From contig JAQGDQ010000445.1 of the NCBI GenBank assembly GCA_030141605.1, forward strand, positions 130,478 through 194,477: a stretch of 64,000 bases of DNA. Direction: 5' to 3'. The position numbers were made by a program, and so were the translations under genes. The notes under the pieces are model-generated. The model saw nothing but the letters and a program-made list of their open reading frames with translations. It was not told the DNA's origin and ran no database searches. Below, piece by piece: positions 52,861 to 64,000 of this stretch (its first letter is position 1; every line of letters begins with the position of its first letter). Source of the DNA: Tubiluchus corallicola (taxonomy: Eukaryota; Animalia; Priapulida).

Positions 52861-53211
52861 AATTCAATGGCAGTTTAACCAAAGGCCTATAAAGTAGCCA
52901 AAACACGGTAACAGCATTACTATAATCAGGGCTGCAGTTTTATTAAAAGCAGCCAAAAAACAGCGCCATGTCACGCGAGACGAGATTTACGGCGATTGTG
53001 AACAGAAATATTGGCAGGTGTAAAAGCTCAAAAGGAGAAGGAGAAAGAGAGACATTGAAACTTGTGAAGTGTACCGTGATGAAAGCGTAATGATGGTGAT
53101 AAACTTGCAAATAGTAATATAAGAATCCTAGTTAGAGCTACGATTATCTTTGTCAAATACTCAAGCACGTATGTACAGTATATACACAGCACGGGAAGAG
53201 AAATTCACAGT

Positions 53212-53213
<2 letters not shown>

Positions 53214-53290
<77 letters not shown>

Positions 53291-53360
53291 AAGGGAGAAC
53301 GAGAAAGAGAATACGAGAAAGAGAGAGAGGAAGGGAGAGAGAGAAAGAGACAGAGAGACG
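53214..53360. repeat. (GA)n microsatellite
   Basis: Directly visible. Confidence 0.97.
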
Positions 53361-53944
53361 AAAAGGGAGGACATTTCTATCAACCGAGGTTAAAAATCCG
53401 TTCATGTCTCATATTTTTAATTTACCACGAATGCATACATGGTGTATCATTTCGCACCGCAACGAGAAATGTCAAAAGTTGCACGCTCTTCCACGTAGTG
53501 TCTTTTCTCTGGCCAGGAAGCCAAGTAAGCTTATTGCATGCATCAGACGGGCTTCACAATCATTTTGTACTAGCTGTAACCAGGCACGTACGATCGATAC
53601 GCCAACGTTTACTCACTCAACAATAGATATCTAGTTCAAGGCGCTCAGACACACGCTGATAGATTGTAGCATTACGTGTTTGCCACTACTATAAGACGAT
53701 TTTTTATGACTATTACAGCAGACAAGGCCATTAGGAAAACTGCGTGCACGACTGGCTGAGTGGTGGCGCTGCAATAGCTCCCTGCGAGGAAGAGGAATAC
53801 AAAACTAAACTTAAAATTAATCCAAAATTGTTTGGAGTGCAGAATGCTAAGCTGAACTATACCTATAAAACATGCAGAAAAAGTTATTTAAAATAAATAA
53901 ATAAATTTGGGTTAGAAACAGTTTTCTGTGTATCAGTCTGCCTT

Positions 53945-53949
53945 TCTCC

Positions 53950-53993
<44 letters not shown>

Positions 53994-54068
53994 TCCTCTC
54001 TCTCTCTTGCTATTTCTCTCCGTTCTCTCTGTCCCTCTATTTCTCTCTCTCTTTCTCCGTCTCTCTCT

Positions 54069-54160
<92 letters not shown>

Positions 54161-54190
54161 CCTCTCTCGTTCTCTCTCTCTCTCTTTCAA
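53945..54190. repeat. (TC)n microsatellite
   Basis: Directly visible. Confidence 0.97.
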
Positions 54191-54322
54191 TCTTTCTCCT
54201 ACATGTCTTTTACTGCCACCTTTCTTTGTGACCTTCATTTAGTCATGAATTTTCAATTGGCCTTTACCGAACATGAGAATTTGTCCTGCATTATAGGTAT
54301 AATGGTACAAATCAACAGTTAA

Positions 54323-54852
54323 AGGAAAACAAAATTATTTTTCACATCAGATCCCATGTTGAAGTGCGGTAACAAGTTTACATTTTAACACCTATAATAA
54401 AATCAAAGCATGAGCAAGCCCAACTAGTGATGACGTCACAAACGAACATAATTTCCAACAGCTTAAACACTCCATGAGCGTGTTGCCAGTATTTGCTACA
54501 GCGGAAAAATTGTAGTGCTACTGTACGACATTCAGTGTGATAGAAAGCTTCTGCTGCAAATTTCAAATTCAAATTTGCTGTTATGCTCATGCATGGGTTC
54601 TCGAACGTGTGCACTACGCCACAACCGAATACTTATGAGCTGAGAGGTACAGCACCAGTTTTTAGTACAACGCGTTTCCGAGATACAGGCGTTAGTGCCC
54701 ATCTAACTGGCGAATGGTGAAATGCATGTAATAGCGAAGAACTAGCCGCGCGAACGCGATAATTACGTTTCAAAGGTAATAATTCCTTCACGTATTACAG
54801 CCATTCTTAAAAAAATAGCACGTTCTAGTTTAAGATTGGGCCCGGTTTTCCT
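54323..54852 (+). mobile_element. Kolobok-like MITE family C
   Basis: TTAA|AGGAAAAC ... GTTTTCCT|TTAA (perfect 8-bp TIR). Confidence 0.88.
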
Positions 54853-55542
54853 TTAATTGAATTTTGATACTAAACTAGAAAGATAGGAAAAGCAAAAAGT
54901 TGGAGCACAGCCCTGTATGCTCTATAGCAAATACTTTCTCTGTAGAGACCAAACATAAACACGTTTTGCACGCACGCACGCACACACACACACACACACA
55001 CGCACGCACACATTTTTCAACGTACATTAACTTTGTGTGTTAAAAGAATTCACACCCGTCTTAGCGTGAACAAGAGCAATTTTGAAATTTTCGTAATAGT
55101 TTCCGTAAATTAGTTATGACTTAATATAGGCGTGTTATTTTCAAAAACTGAATGGCGCCTGTTCATACAATGAGACCTTGCTTTACATACGCAAGTAGGT
55201 GATTATCTTAAAGTTGAGAAGAACCATTAAAGCAGGCGGAGTCGAGGGTAGACTGGCACAGGATATTAACCATTGTCTTGCGATGTGTACGCCTAATTTA
55301 CCATATGCAAATACCACCACCTGACAATACACAGACGTGGTAGTGTCATTAGATAACGCCAAACCTCGAGAGTGCTCTTCACAAGACAAAAGCTGCAGTT
55401 TCAGGGTCCTGCGACAGCCAAGTCAGCAGACGCAGACCACATGCATGAGCAAATTTGCCCTATGTGCTGTACACTTGAAGTTTTTTCAAATTTACCAAAT
55501 AACGTACTTGACGTCAATAAATTTATTCCTAACAAGTGAGCA

Positions 55543-56518
55543 AGTAAGTAGGTAAGCAATTTATTATCATCATAGCATAATACATGCAATGAAATTTACG
55601 TGGTCTTACGTACTGCAATAACTTATAAAAACAACAAGGAGATTAATTCACAAGAAAACCCTTCATAAACGTAAAGCTTAAAAAAATCGTTTTGAAATTT
55701 TATATCGCTTACATACTGCCTTTTTGCAATCAGGACTTCAATCGGCAGTGACGCTGTATAAAACATGTAAATTTAAACTCCCGCGATGATCGTTAGACGC
55801 AGCCATTTTCACGACAGGTCATTTGAAACAAGTTTAGATTACATTTTGTAAAGTTTGTAAAAATAATCAGAGCATTCGTAGCGCACAAGTCACCAACTAA
55901 ATTAAATTTAAAATTACTGTATCTTGTCAATAAGATTAAAAATACGTTTTTGGTTAGTGAGCGGTGCACCCTGGAGGGTGAGTCAGCGACATTTTACCAA
56001 TTGGTGAAAACATTTTAAATAATTAATAATTTTGTTTTCTACTTATATAAGTCTTTCTAGTAGGTAAGCGAAAATCTAAGTAATATAGATTTGCACGGAA
56101 AGTCTTTTCAGACAATTTAACATTGCTTTCTCTTCCCTTCATTTACGTTTGGTACATGACGTCATGTAATGGCGACTTCAGAACAGTATTGCGGGAGATT
56201 TAAAATGAAAACAAACTAAAATTCCTTTCAGTGTGAGTACGACGTACGCATGAAATTGCTATAAAGTAATATAATTTTTTAAGGCGGTTTTTCTGAAGCC
56301 TACTTCAGGTACCCCTTTCTTGTCCTTTAACACAAATAATTCAATCAGTTGTACAGTAACATAGAGAATTTATATCGGAGATTTACGGGTGGTGCGAATT
56401 GCAACGGGATAGAGAGAATTTATAAACTTCTTGTGGTTTTAGCGTTAATTTAGCGGTATCCACGACCAGAGGGGAGCATTTCAAAGCATTTATTACCTGG
56501 ATGGAATTCATCTTTCAT
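55543..56518 (-). mobile_element. Rex1/Babar LINE 3' fragment, copy 2, split by a Kolobok-like insertion
   Basis: 55543-55646 plus 56327-56518 reconstitute 23291-23595. Confidence 0.88.
55647..56326 (+). mobile_element. Kolobok-like MITE family D with a TTAA TSD supported by an empty site
   Basis: TTAA at 55643-55646 and 56327-56330. The paralogous empty site GATTAACACA lies at 23391-23400. Confidence 0.92.
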
Positions 56519-57129
56519 GTGTTCAATGGTTCACTGGTTAGTCTCGCTAACTTTGGCGACGTAATGAATTATTAGTTTTACTGAGAATTTTGCGACAGAA
56601 ACTGAACACAAGTTTTAACAGCGCAAAAAAGAATCGTTCAAATGTCAAATGGAAAATTTATCAACCAGTTAGAGGCTTTTAAAATTAAACACAACAGAGG
56701 AACAATGTAAGCTTAGACAGTCGCATTAAATTTAAAATAAATTTTCCAAATCCATCATGGCTGCGGTTGCTGCCACCGGATTTTTGGCCCCGTACAAGCT
56801 ATTGAGTAAACTTAGTAAAATTCTCATAGGCGATCTATAATACTATAAGAAACGTAAACTGTTATTTCAGCAAATTCCTCTAGAGGCGCTACAGTCGTCT
56901 TAGCTTTAGTAACTATCAAACAGACAAGAGCCGCGACTAGATGAAAAACAGTAAAAAATCTTATAAATTACGCTACCCGCAGTAGCTTGAACATCAAAAT
57001 TTCTTTTAAACAGAGCCAACCAACCAAACAATAAAAAATCGATAAATAACAGTGCGCATGCAAAAAATCGATAAATAACACAGTGCGCATGCGCTCAAAT
57101 AGCAATTTATCGCCTCTAGGTGTACTCAC

Positions 57130-57206
57130 CTGCCTGTCGTCAAAAGAGTCTTAATTTTCGCTGTCAAAATCTAGTGAACGTCTGTTAAACAGCTTCGTAC
57201 AAAGTT
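57130..57206 (-). other. candidate non-coding exon (77 nt)
   Basis: Minus strand: TTTACTTACTTTTTTTACTTCATTTTCAG acceptor and consensus CAG|GTGAGT donor. Stops in all three frames; no ATG. Confidence 0.55.
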
Positions 57207-57398
57207 CTGAAAATGAAGTAAAAAAAGTAAGTAAACAATTTAGAGAAAGTACAGGAGAATATGACCACTTTCATACAAATGTTGTCTCAAGCACTTCGTT
57301 ACTTTTACAAGAGCTAATTTTGGGCGTTACTTTAACCCAAATCTTCAGCAGAATATTTTTACATACAAAAAGGCTCAACGCTCCAGATATGTATTTAA

Positions 57399-58014
57399 AG
57401 GAAGACAGGATGATTTTTCATATATAACCCAATTTTCAAGTACGATAAAAAGTATACATTTTAACACAATTAATACAGCAAAACCATTTCTGTTAATTAA
57501 ATAATAGATTAAAAACTTTAATAGATTAATTAACGAGCCCTGCTATTGATGACATCACAAACGAACATAATTTTCAACAACAAAAGTATTCCACGAGCGT
57601 GTTGAACGTGTTTGAGAAAGCGAAAATTGAAGTACAGTGGCACGGTAACATATTCAGTGTGTTGTACTAAAACTAGGAAAGTTTTAAGATAAAAATTCAA
57701 ATTTCAAATTGACCACTGTGCTCAAATATAAGTTGTCGAACGTGCGTACTTCGTCACAAACTAACACATCTGAACTGAGAGATACAGCACATATTTTTTG
57801 TGCAATGCGTTTCCTAAATGCGCTACTGCCCGTCTAACTAGCGAATAGCGAAATTCATGTAACAGCGAAGAACTAGTGACGCGAACATGAAATTATGTTG
57901 TGTGGTAATAATTGTTCGCGTAAGTCATTTTTGAAAAAGCAGTATGTTTCCTTTCAATATTTTAAAGAGCAAACTGTTTTTGGCCTACAATTCAAGATTG
58001 GGCCTGGTTTTGCT
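57399..58014 (+). mobile_element. Kolobok-like MITE family C
   Basis: TTAA|AGGAAGACAG ... GGTTTTGCT|TTAA. Confidence 0.9.
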
Positions 58015-58147
58015 TTAACGTGATTTTTTTCATATTTTAATTCACTGCCATTATCTTCTATAGCACTGCTCACATCCTTGTCATTCCTCTTTTGCATCCC
58101 ACTCTTTCCCGTTCCTCTCTTTATTCCTAAACGGCCCTACACGTTAA

Positions 58148-58640
58148 AGGACAAGAAAACCCTTTATCGCATAAAGCTAAGACAAAATTCGTCTTTAATT
58201 TTTTTATTCCCTATACTATCTTATTGCGCATAGAGCTTGTATTAGCACCAACGCTGCATAAAACTTGCAAATTTGGACTCGAACGGCGACCATTAGACGC
58301 AGCCATTTTTATGGTAGATCGTTTGAAACAAGTTTGGATGACATTGTGCAAAGTTTAGAAAATAATCGTAGCGTTCGTAGCGCCCTCTTCACTAACAAAA
58401 GAAAAGTTTAAATTACTTTACCTTGTCAATAAGATTAACAATAATATGTTGTTTTTCTTGGTGAACCAGTAGTGCACACTGGGAAGGTAAGCCAGTGTCT
58501 AGTTGGTGCAAACCTTTTAAATTATTAAGAACTTTCTTTACCAATTACGTCTTTACTTTACCAATCTTAGAAGCTGTTAAGCGTAATGCTAAGTAACGTA
58601 ACATTGTACGCAAAGTATTTTGTGACATATTTTGAAATTG
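58148..58640 (+). mobile_element. Kolobok-like family D copy (right end unclear)
   Basis: TTAA|AGGACAAGAAAACC start; collinear with 55647 onward. Confidence 0.8.
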
Positions 58641-58769
58641 CACAATTAATTCTTCCCTCCACCTGCGTTATTAGATCTGACGTCTATTTGGGTTTATATT
58701 TTAGACGGAGACAAGTAGGAATTACTAGAACTGGTAATTGATTCTCTGTAAGTTTTTTCATTAGGTTAA

Positions 58770-59187
58770 AGGACAAGTTACCTGCTGCAAAGACTTATGT
58801 AACTAGACTAATAATTTAAAATGTTTGTGCCAATTGGTAAACTGGCACTGACTCACCATCCAGGGTGCGCCACTCGCTAGCCAAAAACGTATTTTTAATC
58901 TTATTGACAAGATACAGTAATTTAAAATTTTACTTGGTTAGCAACATGTATGCTACGAATGCTCTGATTATTTTTTCAAACTTTACTTAATGTTATCAAA
59001 ACTTGTTTCAAACGGCCTACAATTAAAATGGCTGCGCCTAACGGTCATCACGGAAGATTAAATTTACACGTTTTATACAGCGTTACGGCCGACGCAAGTC
59101 CTGTATACGAAAAGGTAGTATGTAAGTGGTATCAAATTTCAAGACGAATTTTTTAAGCTTTATGTAAGTGGAAGGTTTTCTTGTGCT
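58770..59187 (-). mobile_element. Kolobok-like family D, short complete copy
   Basis: TTAA|AGGACAAG ... CTTGTGCT|TTAA. Confidence 0.88.
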
Positions 59188-59679
59188 TTAATGCTTTTTA
59201 TGTAAATAGTAAGGGTGCAATCAATATTTTGCAATAAACGTTGTTAGTTTCCTATAACTTTGAGGACAACACCACCACGTATTCTCCCGCACAGAAGTGT
59301 GAAAGTCGTAAATTATAAAGCGATAGTTAAGAATTTTACGAGAAGAATTATCATCATAATTTATTATAAATAATACGAGGCCTCAAGCAAGCAGAAATAT
59401 ATCATCGATTTTCTCACAAAGTATTTCTACAAGCTCCCCATTCTAAAGGTCACAAAATACATTCTTAATGCTCAAATTAACATCTTTCTACGAGTATGGC
59501 CTTGCGTAGATTACACGTACATGCTACCAGGCGCACGTGCTCGATAAAAGTGGAGGTAATTATTTGATATAAATTTAATAATTAGCCATTTACTGCGTTC
59601 TGTTTTTCAAAAATGTTAAATCAAAAATTTTTGAAAAAAGTTTTTCAGTTTGTACTTTATTGAGCTTACAATGCGTAAA

Positions 59680-60310
59680 TAATGTTATAAATAATAAATA
59701 ATTGAAATAATTAATTAAATAAACGCATAGAAGAAGAGGAATAGAATATATAAAAGGATAAAATTCACGAACAAACCACAAATACGAAAAGAAGTAAATA
59801 GATAACCAATAAGGAAATAAATAGTCAAATAAAAAACATGTAAGTAAACAATAAATAAATAAAAAAATAGGTAGGAAAATAAATAAACATGTAATAAATA
59901 ATAGATGAATAGATAGATAAATAAATAAACCATAAATAAACAAATAATTGTATGAACAAATAAATAAAAAGTAAAGAAATACATAAATAAATAATAGATA
60001 AATAAATAATTAAATAAGCACATAAATAAACAAATAACTGCAAGAATAAATATATAAATAAATACATAAATAAACAAATAACTGGAAGAATAAATGAATA
60101 AATAAGCACATTAGGTAAACAAATGACTGAAAGGATAAATAAATACATAAATAAACAAATAACTGCAAGAATAAATATATAAATAAATACATAAATAAAC
60201 AAATAACTGGAATAAATGAATAAACAAATAACTGAAAGAATAAATAATATATAAGTAAATGAAAAAACTATATAATGTCAATAAAAAAACAATTAATTTA
60301 ACAAATAGAA
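59680..60310. repeat. degenerate (AAAT)n low-complexity tract with internal duplications
   Basis: Directly visible; it explains the F/I/Y/L-rich ORFs. Confidence 0.9.
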
Positions 60311-60960
60311 GCAAAGAATCCCTAAAAACAGAAAAAAATCAAGTTAAATTAAATATGCGTCTAATCATGTCACATTAATAAAAATATGTATAATCATTTG
60401 CGTGTGCCAATTTTATATACCTACACACTCTACTTGCACTTTAAATGTTTTTAACACCAAAAAATAGGCTCTCACAAAGAACCCACTTTATTTATCAATA
60501 GGAAATCCCTGCTGGCCAAATTGCTACGTGTATATGGTTACATGGAGACTGCATTATAATAAGCCTTATATGGAATTGTAAAGGTACAGTCCTTGGGCAC
60601 AGCACAGGTAATACAGGTTACCTGTGTTAATGCAAGGTAAAAACTTCCACCATTGCGGGCGCATTGTGCTGGCAAAGTTTGCTAATGATGACAGATCTAT
60701 ATATTATTGTATTGCACAAAACGTATTACTACGAAAGCCGGCCGTTCTTCTGCCGCCATTATTATTCAGATTACAAACGTGTAGCTAGGCAACACCAGGG
60801 CAAAAATAAAAAATTATATCATCAAAATATTCTAATAATATTACGGAGAAAGCGTTGTTAGTTACGCGTTTTGATTTTTAGTCTTAGGTGATAAAAAAAT
60901 CCACGCGAAGTTTCTTTTAGATTTTATAATGGCTTTCACTAAAATTCACTGTGGTCGTTT

Positions 60961-61423
60961 CTTCTCCTCTTTTCCTTCTTCCTATCCCTAATCTTACTAT
61001 TTTTTTTCCATTCCATCATGTCTACTAACCCTAACCATTCTTTCATTCACTCATCCTTCCCTCCCTTCCTTCTTCCTATCCCTAATCTTACTATTTTTTT
61101 CCATTTCATCATTTCTTCTGACCCTAACCATTCTTTCATTCACTCATCCTTCCCTCCCTTCCTTCTTCCTATCCCTAATCTTACTATTTTTTCCATTCCA
61201 TCATGTCTGCTAACCCTAACCATTCTTTCATTCACTCATCCTTCCCTCCCTTCCTTCTTCCTATCCCTAATCTTACTATTTTTTCCATTCCATCATGTCT
61301 GCTAACCCTAACCATTCTTTCATTCACTCATCCTTCCCTCCCTTCCTTCTTCCTATCTCTAATCTTACTATTTTTTCCATTCCATCATGTCTACTAACCC
61401 TAACCATTCTTTCATTCACTCAT
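60961..61423. repeat. ~92-bp pyrimidine-rich minisatellite x5
   Basis: TTCCTTCTTCCTATCCCTAATCTTACT...CTAACCCTAACCATTCTTTCATTCACTCAT units. Confidence 0.96.
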
Positions 61424-62157
61424 TTGTGCCACCTTATTAACAAGCCAAACTTTCAAGGTGTCATACAGCAACTCTTTTATTTAGTTAATTTGACTTCATC
61501 AACGTTTTTTTACCTGTACTGTTTCTTTTTGTTTCAATAATATTGTATGTTGATGTATTGTATTGTATTGTATTGTTTTGTACTGTATTGTATTATATTG
61601 TATTTGTATATGTATATGTATTGCTGGAGTGAAATAAATTAATTGATTGATTGAATATTGTAGTATGGTTCAATTCAATACAAATTTTTATTCCGGTAAC
61701 TAAGATGATGTGTAGTTTTGTATTTCATAGGCGGCGAATTGTTCTCATTCAACTTTACTGATCACTGCAAATTTTTACAGGTGTTCACCATTACACGCAA
61801 ACTGCAAAGCCAGTGAGTAATTTAATCTACAGCCAAAGACAAAACTGAAAATAAACCGTTTCAATGCGCACGAGCAATTGTGTGTTCTGCTACAGACTTT
61901 ACAGCCAGAAGTGTGGACCCCAGCAACAGGTCTGCCCTGACACGGATCGTTATGGAAACATTTCACGTAAACATACATCAACCACATAAATTGACACATA
62001 ATTAAGTTGCACTTTAATACCATTCCATTTCTTCTGCCATGGCCGGGATGACCCAACGCAACTATATGTTACCGATGCCCCAAACTTTCCGTCCGTCGCA
62101 CTACTTTCTCTCGACGAATTACTTTCTCTGTGCGCATGATGTTAATTTATTGTTACA

Positions 62158-62721
62158 AGTCATAGCTAACACCTGCGGCACTATTGCTTCGTTTACATAG
62201 GTTGTCATAGCTAACAAGTGTGATATTGCTGATGTTGCTTCGTTTACAGGTTGTCATAGCTAACAAGTGTGACATTGCTGATGTTGCTTCGTTTACAGGT
62301 TGTCATAGCTAACAAGGGCAACATTGCTGATGTTGCTTCGTTTACAGGTTGTCATAGCTAACAAGTGTCATATTGCTGTTGTTGATTCATTTACAAGTTG
62401 TCATAGCTAACAAGGACGACATTGCCGATGTTGCTTCGTTTACAGGTTGTCATAGCTAACAAGTGTCATATTGCTGTTGTTGATTCATTTACAAGATGTC
62501 ATAGCTAATAAGTGTGACATTGCTGATGTTGCTTCGTTTACAGGTTGTCATAGCCAACAAGGCTGACATTGCTGATGTTGCTTCGTTTACAGGTTGTCAT
62601 AGCTAACAAGGGCGACATTGCTGATGTTGCTTCGTTTACAGGTTGTCATAGCTAACAAGTGTGACATTGCTGTTGTTGATTCATTTACAGGTTGTCATAG
62701 CTAACAAGTGTGACATTGCTG
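62158..62721. repeat. 49-bp minisatellite, about x11.5
   Basis: GTTGTCATAGCTAACAAGTGTGACATTGCTGATGTTGCTTCGTTTACAG units start at 62201, 62250 and so on. Confidence 0.97.
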
Positions 62722-62809
62722 GTGAATTTAGATTTCCTGGCTCGAAGACGCACTTTGGTCAATATTTCAAATTCTTGCCAGACATTGGACGCATCACATT
62801 CTTCGTGAC

Positions 62810-64000
62810 ACTACTACTGCTGCTACTACTGCTGCTGCTACTACTACTGCTGCTGCTGCTGCTGCTACTACTACTACTGCTACTACTACTGCTGCTGCTG
62901 CTGTTGTTAGCTAGCCGCCGTTAGCTCGTCACCACCATCACACCACCGCCGCCACCACCACCACCGCCACCACCACCACCACCACCACCGCCACCACCAC
63001 CATCACACCACCACCGCCACCACCACCACCACCACCACCGCCACCACCACCGCCGCCAGCCGCGCCCTCGCCACACCTCACGCGCGCACCACCACCACCG
63101 CCACCACCATTGCCACGTTCATCGGTCAGCTCATTACCATGCCGCCGTTGCCGCCACGACGACGACGACGACCGGCACCATTGTGGTGGGGGGGGGTTGC
63201 CAGCCGCCGCCGCCGCCACCGTCGTTTGGGGTGGTGGTGTGTGGTGTTTTGTGTTTTCGCCGCCAATTACCGCCTGGCCGCCGTCGCTCACCGCCGCCAC
63301 CACCACTACCGCCGGCGCCACCACCGCCGTTGCCACTCACCACCAGCGTCATCACCGCTGCTGCCACCACCAATACCGCCGCTGCCGCCACCACCACCAC
63401 CATACCGCCACCACCACCGCCGCTGCCGCCGCTGCTGCCGCCGCCACCGCCGCCGCCACTACTGCCACTGCCACCGTCACCACCACCACCGCCACCACCA
63501 CTGCTACCACCACCACTGCCACCGCTACTGCTGCCGCCGCTGCCACCACCACTGCTGCCGTTACCACTACCGGTTCGCTGCCGTTGCCACTACCACTACC
63601 GCTTCACCACCACCACTGCCACTGCCGCCACCACTCACCACTTCACCGCCACCACCACCACCGCCACCACCACCGTGCCACCACCGCTTCCACCACCACC
63701 AATTACCGTCCACCACCACCACCGCTACCACCGCCGGCCGCCACCGCCGCTGCCACTGCCATCCACCACCACCGGCTGCCGCCGTGCCACCACCACCACT
63801 GCCACTATCACCACCACCACCACCACCACCACCACCACCACCACCACCACCACCACCACCACCACCACCACCACCACCACCACCACCACCACCACCACCA
63901 CCGCCACCACTACCACCACCACCACCACTACCACCGCCACCACCACCACCACCACCGCCACCACTACCACCACCACCACCACCGCCACTATCACCACCAC
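62810..64000. repeat. (CTA/CTG)n then a >1-kb (CCA/CCG)n GC-rich trinucleotide tract running off the window
   Basis: Directly visible. Confidence 0.95.

Noticed and set aside
56756-56839. CCATCATGGCTGCG Kozak-like start (MAAVAATGFLAPYKLL...)
   Set aside because: Closes after 27 codons with no good donor; equally explained as a YY1-like motif.
51978-62721. Regular short repeats (26 bp at 51978 and 49 bp at 62158) as CRISPR-like arrays
   Set aside because: Head-to-tail units with no unique spacers, no cas genes, and a eukaryotic context.

Overview
AT-rich eukaryotic (metazoan, probably invertebrate) genomic DNA with no recognisable intact protein-coding gene. Most listed ORFs are microsatellite/minisatellite read-throughs or decayed retrotransposon fragments. 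The window is dominated by: (i) 5'-truncated non-LTR retrotransposon 3' ends of at least four families (CR1/L2-group, Rex1/Babar, RTE-X-like), two of them with clear 13-15 bp target-site duplications; (ii) many non-autonomous DNA transposons, including three TTAA-flanked Kolobok-like families (more than a dozen copies or fragments), TA-flanked pogo/Tigger-like MITEs, a piggyBac-like MITE and foldback elements; (iii) SINE and Helentron-associated fragments; (iv) about a dozen minisatellites and long microsatellites. Between the repeats lie unique, CpG-richer islands dense in homeodomain, E-box, CCAAT, YY1 and NRF1-like motifs. There are also several well-formed minus-strand splice units closed in all three frames (57130-57206, 7460-7632, plus candidate first exons at about 22.4 and 25.5 kb). 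Together these suggest the 5'/regulatory region of a large gene, or a spliced lncRNA, transcribed leftwards. Family names rest on motif recognition from memory, not database searches. I found no firm evidence of a wholly novel system; the best leads are listed in findings.
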